Shown piece after piece: positions 34,577 through 44,505 of a DNA stretch of 64,000 nt; the stretch's first letter is position 1; each line of letters begins with the position of its first letter. This stretch comes from Candidatus Saccharimonadales bacterium (GTDB lineage Bacteria; Patescibacteriota; Saccharimonadia; Saccharimonadales; UBA4665), in contig JBDSPW010000007.1 in assembly GCA_039930145.1 (NCBI GenBank), positions 22,383-86,382 on the forward strand, written 5' to 3'. The notes below the pieces were generated by a model. The model saw only the letters and a program-made list of their open reading frames with translations. It did no database searches and was not told where the DNA came from. The translations under genes were made by a program, and so were the position numbers.

Positions 34577-36775
34577 TTATACGTTGGCGAATTCGTCGTC
34601 TTCGGCGGGTTGCTCGCCAGGTGTTCCGGCGTTGCCGAAGACTTCATCGAGGCTGCTTACAAGCACTTCACGCGGGCGGGAGCCATCGGCGTGGCCCACA
34701 ATGCCCTGTTCTTCCATTTGCTCAATAAGGCGGGCTGCACGGCCGTAACCAATGCGCAGGCGACGCTGCAACAGCGAGGTCGAGGCTTTGCGGCCTTCGA
34801 TAACCACGCGCACAGCATCCTGCCACATATCATCATCGCCATCGCCACCAGGGCCCATATCGGCCACGATGCCGCCCTTACCGTTAAGCACAACTGGTTG
34901 GCTGACCACTTCGTCATCATAGGCTGGTGGGCGTTGCATACGGATAAAGTCCATGACTTTGGCAGTCTCGGCGTCTTCAATAAGTGCTGCCTGGACACGC
35001 TTAGGCTTGGGCATATCAGATGTCAGGAGTAGCATGTCACCACGACCCAGGAGCTTTTCGGCACCCATCTGGTCGATAATCGTGCGACTGTCGACTTGGC
35101 TGGCCACTGTAAAGGCGATACGAGCCGGTACGTTAGCCTTAATAAGGCCGGTAATAACGTCAACAGACGGGCGCTGCGTTGCCAGTACCAGGTGGATACC
35201 AGCGGCACGAGCTTTTTGTGCCAGGCGAACAATCAGAGCTTCGACGTCGCGGGCGGCCATCATCATCAGGTCAGCCAGCTCGTCGATAACAATCACGATG
35301 TATGGCATGCCCTCTTCTTTTTTGGCAGCATTATAACTGGCAATGTCACGCGTACCGATTTCTGCCATGGTGCGCAATCGGCGCTCCATCTCGGCCACGG
35401 CCCACTTTAGTGCACTAATACACTTCTCTGGTTCATTAATAACGGGCGTTAACAGGTGTGGAATGTCGGCATATGGTGCCATTTCAACTTGTTTTGGGTC
35501 AACCAATATCAGCTTCAGGTCGCTCGGGCTATTGCGATAGAGCAAGCTGGTCAAGAACGTGTTGATCATAACGGACTTACCGGAGCCGGTTTGACCAGCG
35601 ACGAGCATGTGCGGCATCTTCGATAGGTCGGCAACAATTGGCTGTCCAGAAATATCTTTACCGATTACAAAACCAAGCGGGCCTTTAACGGCTGCCCACT
35701 CGCGTGATTGCAGCAGCGAGCTAACACGCACGACAGCTGGTTTGATGTTCGGCACTTCGATACCCACCGCGCGTTTACCGGGGATGGGCGCTTCCATACG
35801 AATAGAATGTGCGGCCAGGTCGAGCGCCAGGTTATTCTCGAGAGCGGTAATTTTAGTGAGTTTTACCCCTGTTGGTGGCTTCATAGTAAACTGTGTCACC
35901 CGCGGGCCGATGTTGGCACCTTCCATCTCGACATCGATGCTAAAGTTGGCAAACGTGTCGTGAATAATCGCGGCATTGCCTTCGACATCGCCGGCGTCAG
36001 CCTTGTCTTGTTTTTGATTCAGAAGATCGACTGAGGGTAGCTGCCAATTTGGATCGCTAGCCAGTGTTAGTGCTTCGTGATTTTCGGTGCCGGTGAGCTT
36101 TTGAGCGCTATTCTTCATGGAACTCAGACGTGCATTCTCGCGGGCACTGTGGTGCTCAACGGGCACGCCCTCGTTCATCTTAAAGCCTTCGCTGGCCCGC
36201 GCTTTGAGGGTAGCCAGGTCACCGATTTCGCCGTCGACCTCTTCGCGTTGAAAGATGTTGAATAGATTAAGAATAACTTTGAGGGAAATACCAAGCGCAA
36301 AGAACAGCGACAAGGCTGTAAGCACAAAGAATAATATGCCGGCTGGTACGGTATCGAGAGCACTGAGCACCATGCCGCCAACGATTTTTCCGGCTGCCCC
36401 ACCATGACCGCCAGCCCAGGAGCCGCCGCCATCGCGTTGCGCAAAGGTGACAAATAGCCAACCAGCTGAAAAGAGCAGCACACAGAAGACACTCACGAGT
36501 TTGCCAAGGGGCAATTTACGTTCTTCGCTCATAAATTTATTGATACCCCAGTAAGCGAGCGCAAAAGGAGTAATATATGCTGCCCAGCCGAAAACGGCAT
36601 AAGCACCCTTAAAGAGGTTTACGGGCAAAGGGCCGCCAGTACCGAAGCCACCCAGCAGTACAAAGAGGGCCGTTAAGCACAATAGTATGCCACCGGCGTG
36701 GCCCCAGAACGGTGAACGCTCCACTACTGGCTCTGGTGCTGCTTTTCTTTTTCTAGTTTGTTTCTTTTTTGCCAT
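34577..36775 (-). CDS. ftsK: DNA translocase FtsK/SpoIIIE
   Basis: N-terminal TM helices, the motor-domain Walker A LVAGQTGSGKSV, and a C-terminal gamma (winged-helix) domain. Confidence 0.93.
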   Translation of the reverse strand: MAKKKQTRKRKAAPEPVVERSPFWGHAGGILLCLTALFVLLGGFGTGGPLPVNLFKGAYAVFGWAAYITPFALAYWGINKFMSEERKLPLGKLVSVFCVLLFSAGWLFVTFAQRDGGGSWAGGHGGAAGKIVGGMVLSALDTVPAGILFFVLTALSLFFALGISLKVILNLFNIFQREEVDGEIGDLATLKARASEGFKMNEGVPVEHHSARENARLSSMKNSAQKLTGTENHEALTLASDPNWQLPSVDLLNQKQDKADAGDVEGNAAIIHDTFANFSIDVEMEGANIGPRVTQFTMKPPTGVKLTKITALENNLALDLAAHSIRMEAPIPGKRAVGIEVPNIKPAVVRVSSLLQSREWAAVKGPLGFVIGKDISGQPIVADLSKMPHMLVAGQTGSGKSVMINTFLTSLLYRNSPSDLKLILVDPKQVEMAPYADIPHLLTPVINEPEKCISALKWAVAEMERRLRTMAEIGTRDIASYNAAKKEEGMPYIVIVIDELADLMMMAARDVEALIVRLAQKARAAGIHLVLATQRPSVDVITGLIKANVPARIAFTVASQVDSRTIIDQMGAEKLLGRGDMLLLTSDMPKPKRVQAALIEDAETAKVMDFIRMQRPPAYDDEVVSQPVVLNGKGGIVADMGPGGDGDDDMWQDAVRVVIEGRKASTSLLQRRLRIGYGRAARLIEQMEEQGIVGHADGSRPREVLVSSLDEVFGNAGTPGEQPAEDDEFANV

Positions 36776-36803
36776 AACTGTTTTTTTATTTTAACGCTTT
36801 TGT

Positions 36804-37151
36804 TTACTCCGGTCTAGAGCTGGAACTCGGGCCATCCCGTTTAATAATCGCTTCCCAAAATGTCTGGAGAGCATTTTCGACATCTTCAGGGCGAGCGTCC
36901 GGATGAAATGACATCCATCGATCGAGTAAAGTGTCGAGGTTTAAATACGCCATGCTTGCTTCAAATTCAGGAGTATCTAATATATCTTCTTCGTTGTTAT
37001 CGCTAGCGCTTGCACTCTCTACCGCATCTAATGCATCAGAAAATCCTTCATCAAGACGAGCAGGATCTCGAATATCACCGTATTGCGCACCGCTGTATTG
37101 TTGCGAATTATCAGGATTTGATGGTGGTTTTTGTTCTGGAGTCATAAGCAA
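36804..37151 (-). CDS. Hypothetical acidic protein
   Basis: 115-aa Asp/Glu-rich ORF. Confidence 0.45.
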   Translation of the reverse strand: MLMTPEQKPPSNPDNSQQYSGAQYGDIRDPARLDEGFSDALDAVESASASDNNEEDILDTPEFEASMAYLNLDTLLDRWMSFHPDARPEDVENALQTFWEAIIKRDGPSSSSRPE

Positions 37152-37196
37152 ACTATAGCAAAAATTACATCATTTGTCAATGTTACGCGCCTGGTT

Positions 37197-37391
37197 TTAG
37201 CCTTCTTGCTCGTGGAATACGACAATGTCTTCCTTGAGAAAAAACGCTACTCTTGATTTCCATTCGGCTTCTTCGTCCGCCTCATCACGTGGATGCTTTG
37301 TTCTCTCGGGAGCTGCCACAAAGAAATTCTCTGGATCGATAAAAGTGCGCGGGTCGTGAAATTCTTCTGGATATTCGTAGGATTTAGTCAT
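37197..37391 (-). CDS. Hypothetical small acidic protein
   Basis: 64-aa ORF. Confidence 0.4.
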   Translation of the reverse strand: MTKSYEYPEEFHDPRTFIDPENFFVAAPERTKHPRDEADEEAEWKSRVAFFLKEDIVVFHEQEG

Positions 37392-37425
37392 AATCGCCTA
37401 CTCTACCACAGTTAAAGCAGCGTTT

Positions 37426-38589
37426 CTAGCCGTTGTAGTCGGTCTGGCTGACAAACGGGCCGTCGTTGGTCCCGGCGCTCGAAGCATCTTGGCTGACTGG
37501 CATCCAGAACCAGCCACTGTGGGTTGGATTGCCCCAGGCAGCACCAGCAGGCACCAGCCACTTGTTGCGGCGCCAGAGGTTACCGTTGCCGCTCCAGAAG
37601 TTCGTTGGATACAGTGGCCCATAACCAGTACGTTGAGTAGCGTAGGTGTTATCGGTAAAGGTGATGCTAGTCTGGGTACCTGTGCCACCGATTTCTACCG
37701 CATAACCGCCACCACCAGCAATGTAATTGTTCGTAACGCGGATGTTGTTATACGGGCCGTACTGAAACGATATGACAGACGAGTTGGCCTGGTGATCCAG
37801 CCGGTTGTGGTCGATAGTCACATTGCCCCACGCACCGTGCGTATCGAGATCGCCTATACCATCGACGTGTGCGATACCACCAGTGTCGGCCGTATCGTGA
37901 AACCACGAGTTCTTGATGGTTCGTAGTGGATTGCCCGTGCTACCTGCTAGCGGAATAGCATCGTGAAAACCCCAGAAATTAGAGTGGTCAACAGTCATCG
38001 CGCCGACATGAGTCGAATAGCCCCCGTCGGCAATGATGGCGTACTGGTATGACTGGTTATACGTTACAGGGGGAGCCGTAACATCCGGCTGGAAAGTGGT
38101 GTAGTCGAAGGTAATGTTGTTGCCATATACGCGCACCATGGCTTCGCCAGGGGCAGTGACTTTAAAACGGCAGCCGTAAAAGCTTACGTTGGAAACTGTC
38201 GTTGTTTCGTCGCCAACCTTTATTTGGCTGAAATCACAATATTGATACGTAGTATTGCTGACAATGGGTGTCGCGCAGGCATGTAAGCTTCCGGGGTAAC
38301 CCGGAGCGTTCAGGTAACCAGTGTTTGTACTATCGGGCCAACTACTGGGCGTAACAACCGCGCTGCCAAACTTCACTGCTTGGCTACCCGACGCCGTTGT
38401 GTCTGCGACTTGTGTAGCCTGGGCGCTTTTAGTGCCCGATTCGACTTCGGTCGAAGCAACTGAACCGGCTGCCTTGCTCATAGTAAGCAAGCTACCCACT
38501 ACAACAATCACGCCCGCAAATACACCAGCAATCTGCGTAACCCCTTTGTGGGCGACATAGTAGGCGCTAATACGGTCCTTAATATTCAC
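37426..38589 (-). CDS. Membrane-anchored right-handed parallel beta-helix protein (paralogue A)
   Basis: N-terminal TM helix, the shared module AAGSVASTEVESGTKSAQATQVADTTASGSQAVKFGSAVV, and PbH1-like repeats (IKNSWFHDT, TIDHNRLDH, VTNNYIAGGGGY). Confidence 0.65.
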   Translation of the reverse strand: MNIKDRISAYYVAHKGVTQIAGVFAGVIVVVGSLLTMSKAAGSVASTEVESGTKSAQATQVADTTASGSQAVKFGSAVVTPSSWPDSTNTGYLNAPGYPGSLHACATPIVSNTTYQYCDFSQIKVGDETTTVSNVSFYGCRFKVTAPGEAMVRVYGNNITFDYTTFQPDVTAPPVTYNQSYQYAIIADGGYSTHVGAMTVDHSNFWGFHDAIPLAGSTGNPLRTIKNSWFHDTADTGGIAHVDGIGDLDTHGAWGNVTIDHNRLDHQANSSVISFQYGPYNNIRVTNNYIAGGGGYAVEIGGTGTQTSITFTDNTYATQRTGYGPLYPTNFWSGNGNLWRRNKWLVPAGAAWGNPTHSGWFWMPVSQDASSAGTNDGPFVSQTDYNG

Positions 38590-38675
38590 AAAGTATCCTC
38601 TATTTATCCTTATGCTACTAAAAACCGCTCAATGCCACAACAGCACGAGCGGTTTAAAGAGTGTGCGATTTAGCA

Positions 38676-40742
38676 CTAGTCGACGCGGGGATCTTGGGTC
38701 AGCAAGCGGGCACGCATCTGTTGGAAACGTTTTTGCTGATCAGCAGCAATGTCTTCGCTCGACTTGGTGCGGCCACCCTCCGTGACTGTTTTTACCTCAC
38801 CTTTGGCACCGACAACATTGACCACGGGGATGACAATCGGGCTACGTTGAGTGTGCTCGAACAAGAAGTGGCCGATGTGGTCTTTTAGCTCTGCCTTGAA
38901 GCGATCGAGTTCGACTCGCTTAAAGCGCTGCCCTACTGCACGACGTAGCTCAACCCGCAGGCCATTCATGATTTCTTCGTTGTCACGCATGTAGATAAAG
39001 CCACGGCTGATGATGTCAGGGCTAGTCAGCAAGTTGCCGCTCTTTTTGTCGACAGTCAGGACGATGGCAACCAGGCCTTCTTCGCTGAGCAGCACACGGT
39101 CTTTGACGACCACGTTACTAACAATTGCGCCGGTTTGGTCGACCAGAATCGTACCATTTGGCACTTCACCTTCGACAACCATGGTGTTTTCGGTCAGGGC
39201 GATGACTTCGCCGTTACCAACATTGGCACAATTAGCACGCGGGATGCCCTGCTCGATAGCGAGCTCGACGTGACGTTGCTTGACGCGGTACGCGCCGTAG
39301 ATAGGAATGAAGAATTTTGGCTTGGTAAAGTTGATCATGTCGGCGTATTCGTCGCGGCTGGCATGTCCGGATACATGGAGTGGTCCCACGCCGTCGAGTT
39401 CATGATTACGAGCCTCGAACACGTGTACACCTCTTTTAACGAGCCCATCCACCATCGTGCCTACTAGCGCGTCGTTACCACTTTCGGGGATAGGCGTGCT
39501 CGATAGGATAACGGTGTCTTGCTCTTTCATCTTCACGTGACGGTGCTCGCCGTTGGCCATACGTTGCAAGGCCGAGCTTGGCTCACCCTGGCTACCGGTA
39601 CAAACCACAACTAGGTCGGTGTCTTTCATGGTTGCTGCAGAAGCGATTGGCACAAATGTACCTTTTGGTACATGCATGAATCCGTGACGAACAGCCATTT
39701 CTAGCGTAGAAACCATGCTGCGACCGTCCATGGCCACTTTCTTGTTGTGGTGCACGGCGGCGTTGATGATCATCTGCACACGGTTCATGTTGGTACTAAA
39801 CAGACCAACAAAGATACGGCCGGGTGCTTGATCCATAATATCGATAAAGCTTTGTTCGATAGTGCTCTCGCTGGGGGTGCGCCCCATACGTTCGACGGTG
39901 GTAGACTCTGACAATAGCGCCAATACGCCTTCTTTGCCGAGCTCCTGGAGACGCTCGACATCGGTACGCTCGTGGTCGAGCGGGTTGGGGTCGAGGCGGA
40001 AGTCGCCGGTGTTGATGATACGGCCGACTGGCGTATCAAGCACGATGACAGTACTGCCGGGGATAGAGTGCGTCACGCGCACAAGCTCCACGAAGAATTC
40101 ACCGATTTTAAGGCGTTCGTGGGTGTTCTCGTTCATAGTCACGGTACGAAGTTCAAAGCCTTCGGGCATTGGTAGACCAAAGTTTTCGAAGATTTCTTCG
40201 ACGCGGCCAATAGTAAATTTCGAGCCATAAATTGGCGCTGGGAACTTTGGCACGATGTGCGGCAAACCACCGATGTGGTCAAGGTGACCGTGAGTGATGA
40301 TGTAGGCACGAATCTTGTGCTTGATAGTGTCGAGGTAGGCGGTGTCGGCAATACCGTAGTTAATACCGGGCAAATCGACACCGAGGTCGTTACCACAGTC
40401 GAGGATAACGGCGTCGTTGACGTATTCGACCAGGATCATGTTCTTTGATCCACCACCATCCATACCCCCAAGACCGATGATTTTTAGACGTGGGGTGTCG
40501 TCGATAACGTTTGCACGTCGTGGCTTCATGGCTGCGGCTGATTGGTACTGGTTGGCGATGCGTTGCGCATCCATTTGCGTACGCTTGAGCGCACGGACCG
40601 CTTGGCCACGCGATGCACCACGAGGTGCGTCGTTGTTTGCAGCCGGTCGTTGACCATTTTGCGGGCGTGCAGCGCGGGGTTTAGCGCCATTGCTTGGGCG
40701 TCTTGGAGGACGGTTTTGATTGTTGTTATTAGTTGGTTCCAT
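38676..40742 (-). CDS. rnj: Ribonuclease J with a ~90-aa Arg/Pro/Asn-rich N-terminal extension
   Basis: Metallo-beta-lactamase motif ITHGHLDHIGG, beta-CASP region and C-terminal domain. Length is 688 aa. Confidence 0.9.
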   Translation of the reverse strand: MEPTNNNNQNRPPRRPSNGAKPRAARPQNGQRPAANNDAPRGASRGQAVRALKRTQMDAQRIANQYQSAAAMKPRRANVIDDTPRLKIIGLGGMDGGGSKNMILVEYVNDAVILDCGNDLGVDLPGINYGIADTAYLDTIKHKIRAYIITHGHLDHIGGLPHIVPKFPAPIYGSKFTIGRVEEIFENFGLPMPEGFELRTVTMNENTHERLKIGEFFVELVRVTHSIPGSTVIVLDTPVGRIINTGDFRLDPNPLDHERTDVERLQELGKEGVLALLSESTTVERMGRTPSESTIEQSFIDIMDQAPGRIFVGLFSTNMNRVQMIINAAVHHNKKVAMDGRSMVSTLEMAVRHGFMHVPKGTFVPIASAATMKDTDLVVVCTGSQGEPSSALQRMANGEHRHVKMKEQDTVILSSTPIPESGNDALVGTMVDGLVKRGVHVFEARNHELDGVGPLHVSGHASRDEYADMINFTKPKFFIPIYGAYRVKQRHVELAIEQGIPRANCANVGNGEVIALTENTMVVEGEVPNGTILVDQTGAIVSNVVVKDRVLLSEEGLVAIVLTVDKKSGNLLTSPDIISRGFIYMRDNEEIMNGLRVELRRAVGQRFKRVELDRFKAELKDHIGHFLFEHTQRSPIVIPVVNVVGAKGEVKTVTEGGRTKSSEDIAADQQKRFQQMRARLLTQDPRVD

Positions 40743-40775
40743 TAATTGTTATTTCCTTTCTTTTCGAGAAATAAT

Positions 40776-41345
40776 TTAAATTTTCTTAAGGATTGCGGGG
40801 ATGCTGGCAAAATCGTCTATAAGCGTCTGCCGAAGTCCCCCGTTGTACAAGGCTGCTGCCGGGTGAAAAAGCGGTAAATACACATGCTCTCTAACTTGCA
40901 TCGGCGTGCCATGCACTTGACTGATTTTCAGCCCGGGCAGCAACACATCCATGCTGTGCCTGCCTAGGGTGACAATGAGTTTTGGGTTAATAGTCTTTAG
41001 TTGTTCGATTAGGTAGGGTAAAAACGCAGCTTTTTCATCGGGGAGTGGATCGCGGTTGTTAGGAGGACGATATTTGACGATATTGGTGATATATATATCT
41101 TGCCTCTTTAGGCCAATCATTTCCAGCATTTCGTTTAAAAACTTTCCAGCCGCTCCCACAAACGGAATACCCTGGATATCTTCGTTCTTGCCGGGTGCTT
41201 CGCCAATAAATACCATGTCAGCATTGATATTGCCGTCGCCAAACACTAGTTGGGTAGCCGTGGTGGCGAGCTCCGGACAAACATTCTTGTCCAGGATTTC
41301 CTGTTTGATTGCGTCAAGCTTTGCTTGTTTTGGATCGATTGCCAT
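40776..41345 (-). CDS. Uracil-DNA glycosylase, family 4
   Basis: GEAPGKNEDIQGIPFVGAAGKFL and HPAA motifs. Confidence 0.88.
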   Translation of the reverse strand: MAIDPKQAKLDAIKQEILDKNVCPELATTATQLVFGDGNINADMVFIGEAPGKNEDIQGIPFVGAAGKFLNEMLEMIGLKRQDIYITNIVKYRPPNNRDPLPDEKAAFLPYLIEQLKTINPKLIVTLGRHSMDVLLPGLKISQVHGTPMQVREHVYLPLFHPAAALYNGGLRQTLIDDFASIPAILKKI

Positions 41346-41535
41346 GAATAAGACTAATGATTAGTTTTACAAAATTTTGTACACTGCCACCTAGTAATAA
41401 CAGGGTGAGCACGTAGCCGAACAAATTTCCGGAGTCGATTGCCCAGCTTGCCGCACCGTAGGCGAGCAGCAACTCGACAATGGCAAACACGAACAACCCC
41501 GTCCGTGTCTTGTGCCATGTGTCGAGTGCTTTCAC
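41314..41535 (-). CDS. Small two-TM membrane protein
   Basis: 73 aa. Its start overlaps the stop of the upstream ORF (ATGA). Confidence 0.45.
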   Translation of the reverse strand: MKALDTWHKTRTGLFVFAIVELLLAYGAASWAIDSGNLFGYVLTLLLLGGSVQNFVKLIISLIHGNRSKTSKA

Positions 41536-41855
41536 TATTTCTCTCCACCCTCAATCTGCTTGGGCTCAGGCATCTCAATACCAATAGGCTCGTTAAGGCT
41601 CGATGGATCCAGATGTATACGAAAAGATGTTGGGCCCGTTCGCGATACTGAACCGTCGATTGTCACCTGATCGGGATTATCATCTTGTCTCTCAGCAGTG
41701 CCACGCGTAGAAAGCGTAATTTTGGTGCGTGTCAGAGCTACTCTCCCGTATCGGCCAATTTCAACCGGACGATGTACCGTGACATCCACGGGCACTTCTG
41801 CCGCAGCCATGCTCTCTATTTGGTTACCTACCTGTGGTTCCAAGTCTCTGGACAT
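41535..41855 (-). CDS. Hypothetical protein
   Basis: 106-aa ORF directly downstream of pnp. Confidence 0.45.
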   Translation of the reverse strand: MSRDLEPQVGNQIESMAAAEVPVDVTVHRPVEIGRYGRVALTRTKITLSTRGTAERQDDNPDQVTIDGSVSRTGPTSFRIHLDPSSLNEPIGIEMPEPKQIEGGEK

Positions 41856-41867
41856 ACCTACTCTCTC

Positions 41868-44015
41868 CTACTTCTTGCCTTCTTGTTCGTGCTTGGCGGC
41901 CTTCATGGAAAGCTGCAAGCGGCCGCGGTCGTCGATAGCCAAGAGCTTGACGGTCACCAGCTGGCCTTCTTTGACAACATCGCTGGTCTTTTCGACGCGC
42001 TCGTCGGCGAGTTCGCTGATGTGTACCAAGCCGTCTTTGCCCGGCATAATCTGTACGAATGCACCGAAGTCCATAACCGATACGACGGGTTTGTCGATAT
42101 AGATCTTTCCCACTTCTGGCTCGGCCACGATGTCCATAATCCACTGTTTTGCCTTGGCGATACTATCACCATCAGGGCTAGCAATCATAACGGTACCGTC
42201 GTCTTTAATGTCAATTTCGGTGCCGGTTTCGGCGGTAATGCGCTGGATGGTTTCGCCGCCCTTACCGATGATTTCGCGGATTTTGTCAGGGTTAATCTGA
42301 ATCGCTTCGACGCGTGGTGCGTACGGGCTCATCTCGGTACGAGGCTCGGCAAGTGTGGTCAGCATGTGCTCCAGGATGTGCGCTCGACCGATCTTACCCT
42401 TTTGCAGAGCTTCGGCGAGGACACTGACGGGCAGGCCGTGGACTTTCATGTCCATCTGTAGTGCGGTAATACCATTGCTGGTTCCCGTTACTTTAAAGTC
42501 CATGTCGCCTGCAAAGTCTTCGGCATCGGCGATGTCACTGAGGATATAGGTCTTCTTGCCGTCGACCATCAGGCCCATAGCAATACCACTGACGGGTGCC
42601 TTTAGTGGTACACCGGCGTCCATAAGAGCAAGACAGCTGCTGCAGGTTGCCGCCATAGAGGTCGAGCCGTTCTGAGACATAATTTCGGTGACCGAGCGGA
42701 TAGCGTACGGAAAGTCAGCTTCGTCTGGCAGGACAGCCATGAGCGCCCGCTCTGCGAGGTAACCGTGGCCGATTTCGCGGCGTCCGGGCGAACCCAAGCG
42801 GCGAACTTCACCAACTGTGTAGCCTGGAGCGTTGTAGTGGTGCATGTAGCGGCGCAGGCCGTCGTTTTGCTCCATGGTGTCGACCATCTGGGAATAGCTG
42901 AGTGGTGCGAGGGTAACAATATTCATACCCTGCGTCATACCGCGGGTAAACAGGCTGGAGCCGTGGGCGCGTGGCAAAAAGCCAACTTCGCTAGATAGCT
43001 GACGGATTTCGTCGAGTTTGCGGCCATCGGGACGCACATTATCTTCGACAATCCCCTTGCGGACATCTTTGTGCAGCGCCATTTCAAACGCTTCGGCGTA
43101 GTGATTGCGCACGTCAGCATAGGCTTCTTCGCCAACTTCGGCAGCAAAATCATCGTGCATTGACTCGTGGAGTGTCTTAACAATTGCGTTGCGCTCTGGG
43201 TACGCGGCACGAATAGTCGCACCAAGTTTGCCTTCGAGCCAGGCGTCGACTTTGGCTTGGACTTCTTCCTTTGGTTTCTGTAATTCGTATTCTTGAGCAG
43301 TGACACCGACTTTCTTGACCAGTTCATTTTGCAGTTCGACAGCGGGCTTGAGTGCCTTTTGTGCGAATTCGAGTGCACCAGCGATTTCTTCTTCGGTCGC
43401 TTCGCGGGCACCAGCTTCGACCATCATAATGGCATCGGCGGTACCGGCAACAACCAGGTCGAGCTTGCCATCGTTGAGTTCTTTGGCGGTCATAAACGCC
43501 TGGTATTCACCCTTGTCGTTCATGCCGACACGAACACCAGCAACGGGGCCATCGAACGGTGCGCCCGTGAGCATAAATGCGGCGCTCATAGCAATCATAG
43601 CGATCATGTCAGGACGGAATTGCGGGTCCATTGATAGCACAGAGGCAACGCCCTGCACTTCGTGGCGGTAACCCTTGGGCCACAGTGGACGAATTGGACG
43701 GTCGATAAGGCGACCAATCAGGATAGCGTCGTCGCTGGGGCGACCCTCACGCTTAATAAAACGAGAGCCAGAAATCTTGCCGGCTGCATACATTTTTTCT
43801 TCGTAGTCGATGCTCAGGGGGAAATAGTCCATGCCCTGAACAGTTCGTGGGCTCACCATAGCCGTACCGAGCACGACGGTGTCACCGTAGCGTACCAGGA
43901 CAGAAGCGGATGTACGGAAGCCAACGCGGTTGACTTCTAGGGTTAGTTTTTGGCCGCAAAAGTCGGTTTCAACTGTTACGACATCTTTTCCATAAGGATT
44001 AATTGTTTGGCTCAA
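41868..44015 (-). CDS. pnp: Polyribonucleotide nucleotidyltransferase (PNPase)
   Basis: Two RNase PH domains plus KH and S1 domains. Length is 715 aa. Confidence 0.95.
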   Translation of the reverse strand: MSQTINPYGKDVVTVETDFCGQKLTLEVNRVGFRTSASVLVRYGDTVVLGTAMVSPRTVQGMDYFPLSIDYEEKMYAAGKISGSRFIKREGRPSDDAILIGRLIDRPIRPLWPKGYRHEVQGVASVLSMDPQFRPDMIAMIAMSAAFMLTGAPFDGPVAGVRVGMNDKGEYQAFMTAKELNDGKLDLVVAGTADAIMMVEAGAREATEEEIAGALEFAQKALKPAVELQNELVKKVGVTAQEYELQKPKEEVQAKVDAWLEGKLGATIRAAYPERNAIVKTLHESMHDDFAAEVGEEAYADVRNHYAEAFEMALHKDVRKGIVEDNVRPDGRKLDEIRQLSSEVGFLPRAHGSSLFTRGMTQGMNIVTLAPLSYSQMVDTMEQNDGLRRYMHHYNAPGYTVGEVRRLGSPGRREIGHGYLAERALMAVLPDEADFPYAIRSVTEIMSQNGSTSMAATCSSCLALMDAGVPLKAPVSGIAMGLMVDGKKTYILSDIADAEDFAGDMDFKVTGTSNGITALQMDMKVHGLPVSVLAEALQKGKIGRAHILEHMLTTLAEPRTEMSPYAPRVEAIQINPDKIREIIGKGGETIQRITAETGTEIDIKDDGTVMIASPDGDSIAKAKQWIMDIVAEPEVGKIYIDKPVVSVMDFGAFVQIMPGKDGLVHISELADERVEKTSDVVKEGQLVTVKLLAIDDRGRLQLSMKAAKHEQEGKK

Positions 44016-44188
44016 AAATGGCCTTCCTTTCGTGAGAGATTATCTTAGGCAAGGTGCAAATATAGCATCCCGCTTGTGCTAAGCTCAGGAGTTATATCTG
44101 ATCTTTGCCTACGAAAAAACACTCTTTAAGATCGTTAATGTGCACAAGCTTGCGGCCTCGATAATTCGAGACCGGCAGTCTATACACT

Positions 44189-44455
44189 TTAGCGGCGAAT
44201 GCCGAGTTGCTTGATAAGCGCCAAGTATCCGTCAGAGTCGCGCTCTGCGATGTACTTGAGTAAACGACGACGACGACCAACGAGCTGCAGAAGTCCGCGA
44301 CGAGCCATAAAGTCTTTTTTGTTGACCTTGAGGTGCTCGGTAAGCTCCTTGATGCGCTCGGTTGCAACAGCAACTTGAGCACTAGAACCACCGGTGTCCT
44401 TAGCGTGTACTTGCGCGCTTTTAATAGCGGCTGATTTTTTCTCACTTGTAATCAT
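44189..44455 (-). CDS. rpsO: 30S ribosomal protein S15
   Basis: DTGGSSAQVAVATERIKELTEHLKVNKKDFMARRGLLQLVGRRRRLLKY. Confidence 0.93.
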   Translation of the reverse strand: MITSEKKSAAIKSAQVHAKDTGGSSAQVAVATERIKELTEHLKVNKKDFMARRGLLQLVGRRRRLLKYIAERDSDGYLALIKQLGIRR

Positions 44456-44505
44456 GTAACGTGTATTTTAACAGATGATGACCAGGGTTGCAAGGCCACC
44501 CTATG

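Noticed and set aside
44016-44188. ORF 44092-44445 (117 aa), and a possible pnp leader structure
   Set aside because: The ORF overlaps rpsO out of frame and is spurious. The rpsO-pnp spacer has only a modest stem (CGGTCTCGA..TCGAGGCCG), and I could not support a specific regulatory call.
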